Positions 1-10,764 of a DNA stretch of 64,000 bases are shown piece by piece. The position numbers were made by a program, and so were the translations under genes. Each line of letters starts with the position of its first letter. Position 1 is the stretch's first letter. The notes below the pieces were generated by a model that saw only the letters and a program-made list of their open reading frames with translations, did not search any database and had not been told where the DNA came from. The stretch lies in NCBI GenBank assembly GCA_010093705.1, contig MU006092.1, positions 812,623 to 876,622 on the forward strand. The letters are read 5' to 3'. The DNA comes from Patellaria atrata CBS 101060 (taxonomy: Eukaryota).

Positions 1-2
1 AC

Positions 3-257
3 CTGCGCTCGGAAGAAAAGCCAAAGGAAGAATCTAAAGTTTCAGCCTCCCTTACGACCGCACCGTATGAACGATTGTCTCCCTCGCCATCAGCTGGGGG
101 AAGCGCTTCTCTCCAATGGGCTAACAGCAGCTCCGAGACAAGCACACCTGCTACACTGACATCTTCATCCTCACCGGAACCAGAAGAATGCGATGGAGCA
201 CAGCAGTCTGGACACACGAACGCGAAAATTGACTCGCATCGATTACCGGAAGGATGA
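3..257 (+). CDS. 3' end of a gene truncated by the window edge (Ser/Thr/Glu-rich C-terminus)
   Basis: Open frame from the window start (LRSEEKPKEESK...LPEG) to TGA at 255-257; no recognisable domain. Confidence 0.4.
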   Translation: MRSEEKPKEESKVSASLTTAPYERLSPSPSAGGSASLQWANSSSETSTPATLTSSSSPEPEECDGAQQSGHTNAKIDSHRLPEG

Positions 258-1578
258 GATCACAAGCATTAAATTCTCGTACGCTTCAGATTGGGGTTTA
301 TTTCTGTTCTAGCGAGGCTGACTTCAAACATTCATCATGCACACCCAAAGATTTCTCTCACACGGGAGAACTACACTGCACGGTCCACCATGTCTACTGT
401 ACGGCCAATACGGCTGGAGGCGAGAAAAGAAATTCCGAGAGCGTGGAACATCAGCGTCAAAGACGCCCCGCGCAAAGATATAACGCGGAGCAAACTTCTT
501 ATCCTACATGCTGACTACCGTTCCTGGAAGATGAGGGCTTAAGGCCCTTACACCTTGTAAACAAAATTCTTTGGGCCGCACTACAATTGGTTCTCTCTCT
601 CAAAATCTTCCACCGCATCCCCAACGCTGATTTCCTTTGTTTGTTCATCCCTGATGAGTCTCCTCATTTTTGTGATTCTGGATTCCCTATCATTCTGTTC
701 TGTCGGCATTTTGAGCGATTACAAATTTCCCCATCCAGCAAGGCGTTTCTTGGAGTTCTCTTTTTGCGAGTACGAGGTGTTTGCTTACCATGCTATGTTA
801 CGCCTTGCTTTTTGCTTTCCGCGGAGAGTACGGCTGTTGTGCCTGTATTGATTTGTTTGCTTTTTAGTCGGTTTACCAGCCTTACTAGTTCCCATATTTT
901 CGTATTCAACTGAGTTTGCTTGCTCTATGGTTCTTGCATGATATTTAGGTTGATTACCCCTGTTTTGCACTTTTCGGTTTCTGTGGGCTTGGTGCATTAT
1001 TTTGAGGTTCAGCGTTTGGTAGTGTTTTTTTTCTATCTTCCAGAACTGGGCCGAATGAGGAACCAAACTTTTGGGTTTAGGGATTACCATATACCCTCGG
1101 GAGTTCTCGGTTTGTGCCTTTGAGCTAAGTCTAACTAGAGATGAGAGCAATATGCTGAATGATGTTAATATAGACGTAATATTGAATATTTGTGCATTTT
1201 CTACAGCATATCTCCCGACCTTCAGCCTCGCTGTAGGATCACCTACTACCATTGGGACTATGAACCCGTTGAAGTCAGGTTATACGCCTAAAATAATATG
1301 CGGGGATTTCTGTGCAAGGTACTCGGATGGAATGACCCTGGCGTGACGCACAGCGATAGCCTCACTTTCAAGTAAAGACGGAGATGTATCTCCTTCTGGA
1401 CACGGAAGGTTTGAACTGCACTGACCACGTGCAGTCTAATTATCATTCAGCCGCAGGGAGGTGAGCAGCAAGCTCAAGAGATCTAAGCTGAGGGTATTAT
1501 TTCCCTCACCGGGAACCGTTAGTGCCTTTGTTCTTGTGCGGCACCATGTGCCGTGGGATTGGGGGATCAATCCTGAGC

Positions 1579-2868
1579 TCAGTCATGATCTAAAGTCCAG
1601 ACCTTAACTTCACCATCGTCGCCGGTCGTGATGATGACTTCCTCCTCATCATTACGTCTACCTCTGTCGTATCGGCGCGCCCAGTTGACGTGATTGACCT
1701 CGAAGACATCGTGAGCTCCCTCTACTTCTGCGATAATGACCCATTCCGTCGCAGTGCTGATGGATAACTTATCTACATCCATACTTTCTGCTCCTGGGGA
1801 GTGTGATTCTGTAGTCTCTTTTGGTGATTTCCAGCGCTCTTGATACACGAGGATCTTCCCATCGCTACCGGTACTGACGATGAGCCCACTCTTTTTGCTC
1901 CATGAGACGGCATAGATTGCACGGTCATGGGTTTTGGGTAACTGAGCTTCCTCGTACCAGTCCTCTTCGATGCTGTTACTCTTCAATATACTGGGTATAC
2001 GATCATGGCTGGAAGTCCCGTTTTGCCCTTCCCTTGTTCTCCTTCGCCATATCCTGATCGTCATATCATCCGAACTTGAAGCAAGTCTAGGTCCTGACCT
2101 TTCCCTCTCCTCAATGAACTTCTTCTGCTCCTCGCTCAACTCTTTCCCATCTTTCAGCCCTACCCTCGGTTTATCCCCCTCGAAATCAACACACCACACC
2201 GTCCCCTCATGCCCGCTCAGACACGCCACCGCAGTCCAATCATCCAAATCCTCCTTATAAAGCCTCACCGTATCATCGTAACTACTACTCGCCAACAGAT
2301 CCTCGCTCGGATGCCAGCATACAAACTTCACATCCCCTTCATGCTCATTCAGCACCGCGATCGTCTCAAAATTATCATCCTCCAGCTCTTCCCAAATCCA
2401 CACCGTCTTATCCCGCGAACAAGTAGCCAAATACTGTCCCCCGCTGCTCCACGCCACACTCTTGATCTCCGAATCGTGCCCATCAAGCAAAACGGAGAAA
2501 TTATATTCGTCCTCCTCATCCTCTCCCCCATCGTAATCCCCGCCCCCGTCGATGTCGTCCGGATCCCGCACCAGGCCCGAGCTTCCGCGCTCCCATTTCC
2601 GCCATATGCCCGCCGAGGCGTCGAAGGAGCCGGTCGCGAGTACGGACTCGCCTTTTGTGCCGGGCTTCCAGGCGCAGGTCCGGATCGAGCGCTTGTGCCC
2701 GCCCGAGATGGTGGAGAGGAGCGTGAAGGAGGTTAGGGAGTAGACCCGCACGGTGCGGTCGGAGGAGGCGGTCGCGAGGAGGGGGAGCGTCGGGTGTGGG
2801 GCGGAGAGCCAGGTGCGGGTGCTGCAGGGGGGACGGAGGGGAGAGAGGAGAGTTAGATGAGAGGGCAT
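1579..2868 (-). CDS. CIA1: Cytosolic Fe-S cluster assembly WD40 protein Cia1
   Basis: Intronless ORF from ATG 2868 (MPSHL) with WD40 repeats and Cia1-type motifs GHKRSIRTCAW, LATGSFD, GHDSEIKSVAWS, LATCSRDKTVWIWE. Confidence 0.93.
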   Translation of the reverse strand: MPSHLTLLSPLRPPCSTRTWLSAPHPTLPLLATASSDRTVRVYSLTSFTLLSTISGGHKRSIRTCAWKPGTKGESVLATGSFDASAGIWRKWERGSSGLVRDPDDIDGGGDYDGGEDEEDEYNFSVLLDGHDSEIKSVAWSSGGQYLATCSRDKTVWIWEELEDDNFETIAVLNEHEGDVKFVCWHPSEDLLASSSYDDTVRLYKEDLDDWTAVACLSGHEGTVWCVDFEGDKPRVGLKDGKELSEEQKKFIEERERSGPRLASSSDDMTIRIWRRRTREGQNGTSSHDRIPSILKSNSIEEDWYEEAQLPKTHDRAIYAVSWSKKSGLIVSTGSDGKILVYQERWKSPKETTESHSPGAESMDVDKLSISTATEWVIIAEVEGAHDVFEVNHVNWARRYDRGRRNDEEEVIITTGDDGEVKVWTLDHD

Positions 2869-3351
2869 TGTGAGTATGGCGGAGTGTGTGGGACTGTATT
2901 TTAGTAGAGGTTTTGGTGTTCGAGGTTTGAAGCCTTGTTTACTTGGTTGAGATAGGACGGGTTCAGGGCGAGGAGAAAAGTTGAGTTCCGCTTGCGCGGG
3001 GAACGTCATGGGACGAGACCCCTGTTCCCGTCACTTTAACGCTCATTGCTTCACTGTGCAACTTCTCTTCCAAACATCCTCGCTGAAGGGCTCGATTTTC
3101 TATTTTCGCAAATGTTCTATGTTGAACACAAAGTTCTATAGCACGACAAGCGAAATGAAATTTGAAGTTTCCCGGTTCACGAATACGATGCCAGCGAGTC
3201 GAGCCAGCCACGTCGCTACCAGCCACCGCTGAGATTGAAGAAGGCCAGCCTCGCCTTTCAATTCAGTAGATACTTCGTAGTACAATTGCTAACAAGCAAT
3301 TTCTCTCCATCTATTTCTCATACTTTCTCCTAGGAAATTCAATTTCTTCAA

Positions 3352-4782
3352 ATGCGTCCTTTCATTCTTTTCCCACTTCCGTCGTCGCTCATAACGCTGA
3401 TCTTGTTATTCCCTCCTCGAGGCTTTTCAGAAGAGTCATGGCCGTATAACCTACCAAAAGACGTCAAATACTTTCCAGAAGATGAGGTACACGTTAAAAG
3501 GGATCTCGAACTGCAGCGCAGGCTTGCTGTGGAGCAACCTGTGGGCGTCAGAAAGATGAGTGGTGACGAGTCTGAAAAATTCCATCTCGAATACTGGCAA
3601 TTCGATGGGAGCTTGCCGCTTACTCCGGAGGCACCATTGTTGCGAAGACCACATATATTGGGGCAAGAGTATGGTAATGTCTCGATGGTTGATATACCAC
3701 TACCACCGTTCCTCCTACATTCATCCCAATCCAATTTTGAAGCAGACTCCCTGCTAAGGTTCTTTCGGCGGGATAATATTTTCAGACGCTCGTTTGAATG
3801 TCCCAGTGGGACGAGTAGCTGTTCGTCCATCAGTCGACCGGATAGTTGTTGCGCAGCTGGGGAGTCATGTATGCTCATCGAAGACACTGGGCTTGGAGAT
3901 GTCGGCTGCTGTCCCCAAGGGTTATCGTGCTCAGGAGGTGTTTCTTCGTGTGATACAGATGCAGGATATAGTAGTTGTCCGGGAAGCTCTAATGGCGGTT
4001 GCTGCATACCTAACTTTGAGTGTCAAGGTGTTGGCTGCGTTATTGCCAATACCGTTACGATTTATCCACCTCTACCGACTACTACATCCTCACGAACTCC
4101 TACAACTTCGTCATCTCCACCTCCTTCCACTTCAGAGGAACCTTCTACCTCTACCCCGACGACGACGACACGAACCACACAGGCAACGCTTGTCTGCAGC
4201 ACCGGGTTCCGTTCTTGTCCCGCAAGTCAGGGCGGCGGTTGTTGCCCCACCGACCGCGACTGCGGTTCCCCAGGTTGCCCTCCATTCCCCTCCTCAACCG
4301 GCAACCCAGTCGCTCCCGTCCGTCCCACCAGCGGCTCATCGGGGAGTACCGAAACGACTACCTCACCCCCCCCGTCCACCTTCCCCAGCGACGGCGCCTG
4401 TCCCACCGGCTTCTACATGTGCAGCGCATACTACCGCGGCGGCTGCTGTCGCGTCGGTCGTAACTGCGACTCCACCGACTGTCCTTCTCCGGCCACCGCT
4501 ACGGTGATCAATACCAATGGTGTCACTATAGCGGCGCCGTCGGGGGCAACGGCGGCGGAGAATACGGGCAGTTGTGCGAGCGGGTGGTTCAACTGTGCGC
4601 CGGGGGATGGAGGTGGGTGCTGTCCGTCGGGGTTTGAGTGCGGGCTCAGTTGTACGGCTACGGGGAGTATGACGGGGACGATTGGGAAGATGCCGCCGAG
4701 TACCGCAGCGAGTGTGGAGGTTTGGGAGTGGTTGTTGGGGGTTGGGGCTGCGATTGTGGGGGTGGGGATGGTTATGCTTTGA
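3352..4782 (+). CDS. Cys-rich secreted, probably GPI-anchored cell-surface protein
   Basis: N-terminal signal peptide, KR/RR dibasic sites, repeated CxxGF/YxxC...GGCC modules, Ser/Thr/Pro linkers, hydrophobic C-terminal tail. Confidence 0.85.
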   Translation: MRPFILFPLPSSLITLILLFPPRGFSEESWPYNLPKDVKYFPEDEVHVKRDLELQRRLAVEQPVGVRKMSGDESEKFHLEYWQFDGSLPLTPEAPLLRRPHILGQEYGNVSMVDIPLPPFLLHSSQSNFEADSLLRFFRRDNIFRRSFECPSGTSSCSSISRPDSCCAAGESCMLIEDTGLGDVGCCPQGLSCSGGVSSCDTDAGYSSCPGSSNGGCCIPNFECQGVGCVIANTVTIYPPLPTTTSSRTPTTSSSPPPSTSEEPSTSTPTTTTRTTQATLVCSTGFRSCPASQGGGCCPTDRDCGSPGCPPFPSSTGNPVAPVRPTSGSSGSTETTTSPPPSTFPSDGACPTGFYMCSAYYRGGCCRVGRNCDSTDCPSPATATVINTNGVTIAAPSGATAAENTGSCASGWFNCAPGDGGGCCPSGFECGLSCTATGSMTGTIGKMPPSTAASVEVWEWLLGVGAAIVGVGMVML

Positions 4783-5731
4783 TTGTTTAGCTGATCTAAT
4801 GTTCACGATATATCCAGATGTCTATTCATTCAGTGGAACATTTTTCTCGTCAATATATCTGGAGTATTCAGGGGTTTTATGGTCAATTCTGTGCTTCTAC
4901 CGGGAGTTCCTTGCCGACTCTTTCTGGTGCTTTGCATTTCTGGGCCATTATTACCTTCCTGTATTGTACATTCAAATAGGTGTACTATTTGATCTAAGTC
5001 TTGTTGACTGTTGTCTAAGGTACCTTACCTTAGATACGTACCTTAGCTGGGCGTTATCACATGCTTACTTAGCATATTTAAGGTTCCGTTTGTACTCTGC
5101 CCCTCCCGTCCTCCCCGCAGTGTTGGAATTACGCATTCGTAACAGACGCGTACAGGATTTCGTATGCTTTGCCTAATAAATATACATATAGTTTATTTCA
5201 ATTCTTCTGGGCTGTTTAATAGCTCAAAATAATCAATTGAGTACGAGGTGTGCCCGCAGCTATGAAAGCTCTCATACAAAATTGATGGAGACACATCATA
5301 ATTATGCATTAGCGGGGTCCAAGGTGTATAAATTACAGCCAATTGATGTGCAGATACATAACTGCACAAATTGTTAACCGAGTTATTCAGCGCAAATATA
5401 TCTTGGCGTCAAAAATGCAACCAATCAGCATCCGTTTGTAAACCTCAGGCAGCTTTACTTCTGAAGTCAACCCCACATGTCATCGTGCTTCAGTTAAACT
5501 TGTAGCACATCTACAACATAAACACCTCCACTCCACTTGCAGACTTCAACGTCTTCTCGACAACCCGACCCTCCATTCGAATCTCACACGTTTACGACTC
5601 CAAACCCTTCCAGAGCTTTGACTTCCGGCACAACTAGAGCGCGAACTACAACTTGATGGAGCAGTGTTGGCTGCTGGCCAAATCGCAGAAGCCTTGAGGA
5701 CTCCGGTCTTCAAAAGCGCGCGATAGCCAGC

Positions 5732-7091
5732 ATGCCTGAGCAGCAGAAGAACATGTCGTCCCCATCCGGTCCCCAACGAACCCATCCTTTCCTGACGCCC
5801 AACGAGATCAAGCTATTCGTTCAGAAGCATCGGACAGAAGTTGCTGCTTCAGCGGCCAGCCTGGTCTCAACACTCGTATCAGTGCGTCACTTTCACAGCA
5901 CGTACGCGTCTTTGCACGGTACCTTACTGATTATCCTGTAGTACCCATTAGATTCAGTCAAGTCGCGCATCCAGCTGTAAGTCCGACCAGGAAGGAACAT
6001 TTCGAATAAGAGCTCACTTCGACTAGTTACTCGTATGACAATGTTGCCGATTGTATCAAAAAGACGTACAAGACTGAAGGCGTGGAAGGCTTTTATCGCG
6101 GTAAGAAGATCTCCTTTCAACGAATAGTATTGAAGTGGCCACTAACGAATCTCGACAGGCGTCCTATCCCCTCTCCTCAGCATCACCCTTGTCCGGACTG
6201 TTTCCTTCTCCGTATACCAAAAATCCAAGTACGTCTATAACGATTGGATCACTCGCGCTACTGGTGTATCGCCACTAGTCACTGCGAATACCAAGGGTGC
6301 CGCTCCCACCCTCGGTACGCTTGTATGTTTTGGAGCCGCTGGGATGACCTCTGGAGCTATGATTACCGCGATCGCTTGTAAGATTGTACAATGATTGGAG
6401 ACTTGCATACAGTGTTAATGTTCGGTACAGGTCCTTTTGAACTTACAAAACTGAGCGCACAAATCTCTGTAGTGGTCAATAAGGAGAAAGGTGGTATTGA
6501 CGAAGAATTGCGCAAGAGTTATCAACAGAAAGGTACCATTAGGACAGCGCAAAATCTAATCAAGCACCGCGGTATACAAGGCCTTTATTGTGGCGCTCGA
6601 TACCATCTTAGTGAGTCAAACCTCATATCTCATACTGACACCTATCACTAATCTGACCTAGTTCGTGATTCGCTTGGTACGGGTATTTACTTCACGACTT
6701 ACGAGAGTGCGAAACAACTCCTTGGTAACTATCGTGGAAACTCCCCCACATCTCCGTTGGCAGTAGTGGTTGCTGGTGGCCTTTGCGGTTTGGTTTCCTG
6801 GGCTTGCGTGAGTAACCTTGATCTGGTCACTCGTCATATTTTTTGCTAACCCAAGATTTGAAGATATACCCCATCGACACCGCTAAGAGCCACTACCAGC
6901 GCAACTGCCTGACAAGCCACAAGGACCGCACAGAGGTCACGAGGATAAGATGGTTTGATCGAACTCAATATCGCGGCCTTGGTGTTTCCATGGCTCGTTC
7001 ATGCATGATTAATGCAATGTTCTTCTCGACCTTCGAGTTCTCGAAGAAATATGTCCGCAACTTTGACACCGAAGAAGAACCTGTCGATTGA
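5732..7091 (+). CDS. Mitochondrial carrier family protein (multi-exon)
   Basis: Three Px[D/E]xx[K/R] signatures across spliced exons (YPLDSVKSR, PFELTK, YPIDTAK) and EGVEGFYRG / GLYCG motifs; about 6 GT-AG introns. Confidence 0.9.
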
Positions 7092-7449
7092 GGGCCTAGT
7101 TGATCTTCTGGAAGGTGGAATATATCTTGACGACTCCCCGACCATGGAGTCTATATCATCGAGCATTCTCTTGGAAGAGATTCAGTTCACCTTGATGACT
7201 GGTTATCTTCTCCTCTGCAATGGATGCGAACATATCAGCGAATGGCAGCGAATGGAGCTTCGTTTCATGCTGACGCTGGTTCTGGACATTCCGATAAGGA
7301 GCAATCGATCTAACTATGATTGATTTGGTCTCGCTTTGGTGGAATGACAAAATATCATGGCTTCGATTCCCTTTGAAATCCGGCTGGATTTGGGGATCTT
7401 TCACCTTCTTGTACAGTACATTTACTTTACCATGAGTGGTATGAAAATG

Positions 7450-9420
7450 CAAACAGAACGTTCGAGTTCAAAGTCTGGACACTTGGCTTTCATCATCAAT
7501 ATATGACTCCCACAGCTAGTTTCTTGTGCTATTTCGCATGCTGTTCTGGGTGTAATTAGGCATATGACTCTCTCACAACCCTAGTTTGAACTACTTCGAT
7601 TGAAAGATGCTGCACTTTTACTGCTAACCCTATCCGCACGTCCCTAGAGTAGATTATCCCTCACACAAGTCCTTACCGGCAGATACACGGTCGAGTTCGA
7701 CCAACAGTGACAGAAACGGTAAGGTAGATTTCGGTTCCACTTTCCAGTCGCCCCTCATCGTCAGACCTAGTTCTAGTCCAGCCTAGAAATTTCTTTGATA
7801 TTACACCTTCTTGTATTCTATGAGTAAAGGGTACCTTCATGTGGAAAGGTATTGGATCTAACAGTAGGTTCTACGCTTTTTTTTATTTTCCTTTAGGTAC
7901 CCAGAGCCTTGGCATTGTCATGGCTTAGGAACAAAGTACCTTACCACGTGCGATATCTCCCGATGACGAATCCAGTCATACCACCTCATTTAGGGGTCCT
8001 CGATGCGATCCGTGGTTTCGTTAGCGATAGTGTACTTGGGTTTATACTTAACGTCAAACTCCCACGTTGGAATTGGAGTCTCGGAGCGTACCGTGGCGAG
8101 AGAATGCCGAACGCGGAGGTGGTTTGCCGGGTATGTAGTCTTCGATGTAAGTTCACCCTTTAGGAACTCCTGTCATGCACTAGGGGATGTATTCCTAACG
8201 ACGGGGTCGTGTCAATTCCTAGTTCGCTGCGCTGGATGCAGGAACCTTTCCCGCGAACCATATTACGCTTCCCATTTCGATTGGTAACTAACAAGTACGA
8301 GTACATGTAAAGTTTTTGATTGTGGGAGAGGGCCGAGATGCGGGTTCGGAATAGGAACGTGCATCCTTATCATATCGATATGATGAGTTGTTATCGGCTG
8401 AGGAGTGAGGACAGATGGTCTGGTTTGGTTGAGGTGCAAGGCCCGTCAGCTTGTCGGTGCTGTTCTCTTGCAGATCTACCGTCTGATCAGCCCAGCCACC
8501 CGTTGTTCTTCTCAAATGTCGATGTTATGGGGGTGTGGATGGTTTTCCTTTGAGATGGATTTCAAACAAATAGCTTTGTTCAACTGTTTACATTGCTCTC
8601 AACCTTCCATACTGTACCCTCCTTTGTGCTATATGCTTCTGAGTAATCCCCTCCAAAAAAAAAAACAAAACAGAAAAAAAACAGAAAAAAAAATACAAAA
8701 AAAATACAAAAAAAAACACACTGAAAAAGGAGCGAGTACACGAGGTTCAACAAAATGTTGAAACTAGAATTCCCGAACCCTCGTTCATCCCCGTTGACCG
8801 CCAGATTCTAAGATTTCTAGCGAGAGGCCAGTCCCGGACAAGCGTCTCGGCAGCGAGGGAGAGCTTCGGTCCCATTGGCAGCCTTTTTAGAGACAAGGGG
8901 CACGAGCAGGTAGGGATCCGATTGCCCTGCATATGCGGCATCCGGAGAGAATTGGGGAACCTCTCACTGGTCATCTCTCACGGTTCACACCTGGTCTCTC
9001 CTTCCCAGAGCTGATACATGGCGAGCCTTATCTTCCCTTGTTTCGTTGGTGCGAACACGGCCAACCGGCACGCACGAGGTGCACGATTTGGGGTGATGGA
9101 GGTACAGTATGCGTCTAACGATGCTAATAATGGCACCATCCCTCGAGGGCTGGACCGTTCGAGGGGACAAAGAAGGTGACGCCTTTCGGGTTGTTCGATG
9201 GCTGGGAGGGTATAAATACCCTGCTGGTACCGCACCACATGGCGGACAAAGAGAGGCTCAATTCATTTGGTGACCACGTTGCTTTGTTGAAGAAAGGTTG
9301 ATTCGATTTTGGAGGGTTTAAAAGAACTGTGGGTGGAGGAATTAGGATAGTACTGTACATATAGTAGGGAAGGCTATTCGTTCGCTAAGTTAGGCTGAGG
9401 AGATTGGGGTTTTTGATCGT
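7450..9420 (+). ncRNA. TER: Candidate telomerase RNA (TER); ends approximate
   Basis: No credible ORF; template CTAACCCTA 7624-7632; pseudoknot-like pairing TTCAAC 8579-8584 with CAAAA-T-GTTGAA 8751-8762; CR4/5-like three-way junction 9166-9288; Sm-like GATTTTGG 9305-9312; GTAAGT 9419-9424. Confidence 0.72.
8655..8716 (+). repeat. A-rich low-complexity tract inside the TER candidate
   Basis: A-runs interrupted by C/G/T, flanked by complementary arms CTCCTTT 8619-8625 / AAAGGAG 8726-8732. Confidence 0.9.
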
Positions 9421-9637
9421 AAGTGATTCTCACCGCGTCTTTGGTCCTTATATACACGTATGCTCCCATGAATTTTCCTTGCTCTTCAAGTGTTCTTATC
9501 AGACTAATCTCCTCAAGGCTTTTCTCCAAAAATCCAATCACAATCATTGAACCTTCCAGCGCATATAGATACAACCAACCTTGTATCCATACACCCGTAC
9601 ATACCGTACAATCGTATATCCACCCATTTGCCTCAAA

Positions 9638-9862
9638 ATGTGCTCCTACACGTACAGCTGGTACTACTGCAACCACGATTACTACATCTGGGCCAACAGC
9701 GTCGAAGTCTGCCAGGCACGCCTCCTATCCGGCTACTCTTACGATGCCTGGAGCATTGACATGTGCAAGAACATGAAAGTCTCGTGTGGTGGCTTTTCGA
9801 ATTACTATTGCTCGGATTGCTCGGAAGATGTTAGTTTGGAGTATGAACTTGATGAGCTATGA
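9638..9862 (+). CDS. 74-aa Cys/Tyr-rich small protein, possibly Zn-binding
   Basis: Good start context (tcaaaATG), codon usage like neighbouring genes, MC-x8-CNH...C...C...CSDC pattern resembling common small fungal proteins. Confidence 0.65.
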   Translation: MCSYTYSWYYCNHDYYIWANSVEVCQARLLSGYSYDAWSIDMCKNMKVSCGGFSNYYCSDCSEDVSLEYELDEL

Positions 9863-9996
9863 GTATTTGTTTTATCGCTAAGTACGCCTTGTCTTCCTTT
9901 GAATCCGGGGAGAACACTTTTGCTGACAGCGGTAGTGGATTGTTGAATTTCTGAATAATAATTTTTCCTTTTTTTTTCCTTTTTTTTTTCTTTTTT

Positions 9997-10096
9997 NNNN
10001 NNNNNNNNNNNNNNNNNNNNNNNNNNNNNNNNNNNNNNNNNNNNNNNNNNNNNNNNNNNNNNNNNNNNNNNNNNNNNNNNNNNNNNNNNNNNNNNN
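9997..10096. other. Assembly gap (100 N) after a T-rich run
   Basis: Run of N bases. Confidence 1.
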
Positions 10097-10764
10097 TGGG
10101 TCTTTGCAAACGGTTCCTATAGAACGAGCTCACGAGCTCAGAACAGCGTCCTGGGGCGTTTGGATTCTTTGGACATCTTTATCGCGGATACCATTTAAGC
10201 GTCCATCATGTTCTTGTTCCTGCATTTAATAGGGCAATTAGCGTCATAGCTACGGGGCATCGGGCGCATTTGGAATCACCTTCTTGGTCTATATCTTTGC
10301 AAGATACTCATCACTTTCTTGTTCGTAGATTTGATCATTATTTTCCGCATTAATACGCAACTCTTATTTTGACAGTCACTTCGGTTCGGCTCATCGAGTC
10401 GGCGAAAGGCATGCAAGCTTTTGAAGGTTAACAACTTACCTTAACGTCACAGCTCTAGATTCCCGCATCACTGAGGACATTCGGAAGCATTGATATAGAT
10501 ACACGATAAAGAATGAGCTGTCAACAGAAAAGTCTCTTATCTCTATCTCGACCTCGTGGCCATGCCGGCACCGGAAATCCCGCATGCATCTGATCAAGGC
10601 ATCTGACTATCACGGCCCTACCTTATTCTCTCTTCCCCTCCATCGTTCTTCCCTATTATCGCATCAACAGCCGAATATCCTCGGTTTCCCCAACTCCTAC
10701 CCACTTCCATTCCCCCCATCATCCACCCTATCCTTCTTAATTCATCCTCATGTCATTCCAAAAT

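Noticed and set aside
587..1346. Overlapping ORFs on both strands
   Set aside because: T-rich low-complexity sequence, mostly non-ATG starts, no recognisable domain
2869..3009. N-terminal extension of Cia1 from ATG 3009
   Set aside because: Low-complexity and not Cia1-like; ATG 2868 has good context and fits the family start
9211..9218. TATAAATA as promoter of the 9638 ORF
   Set aside because: Not excluded, but it lies within a perfect AGGGTAT/ATACCCT hairpin in the CR4/5-like domain and over 400 nt from the ATG
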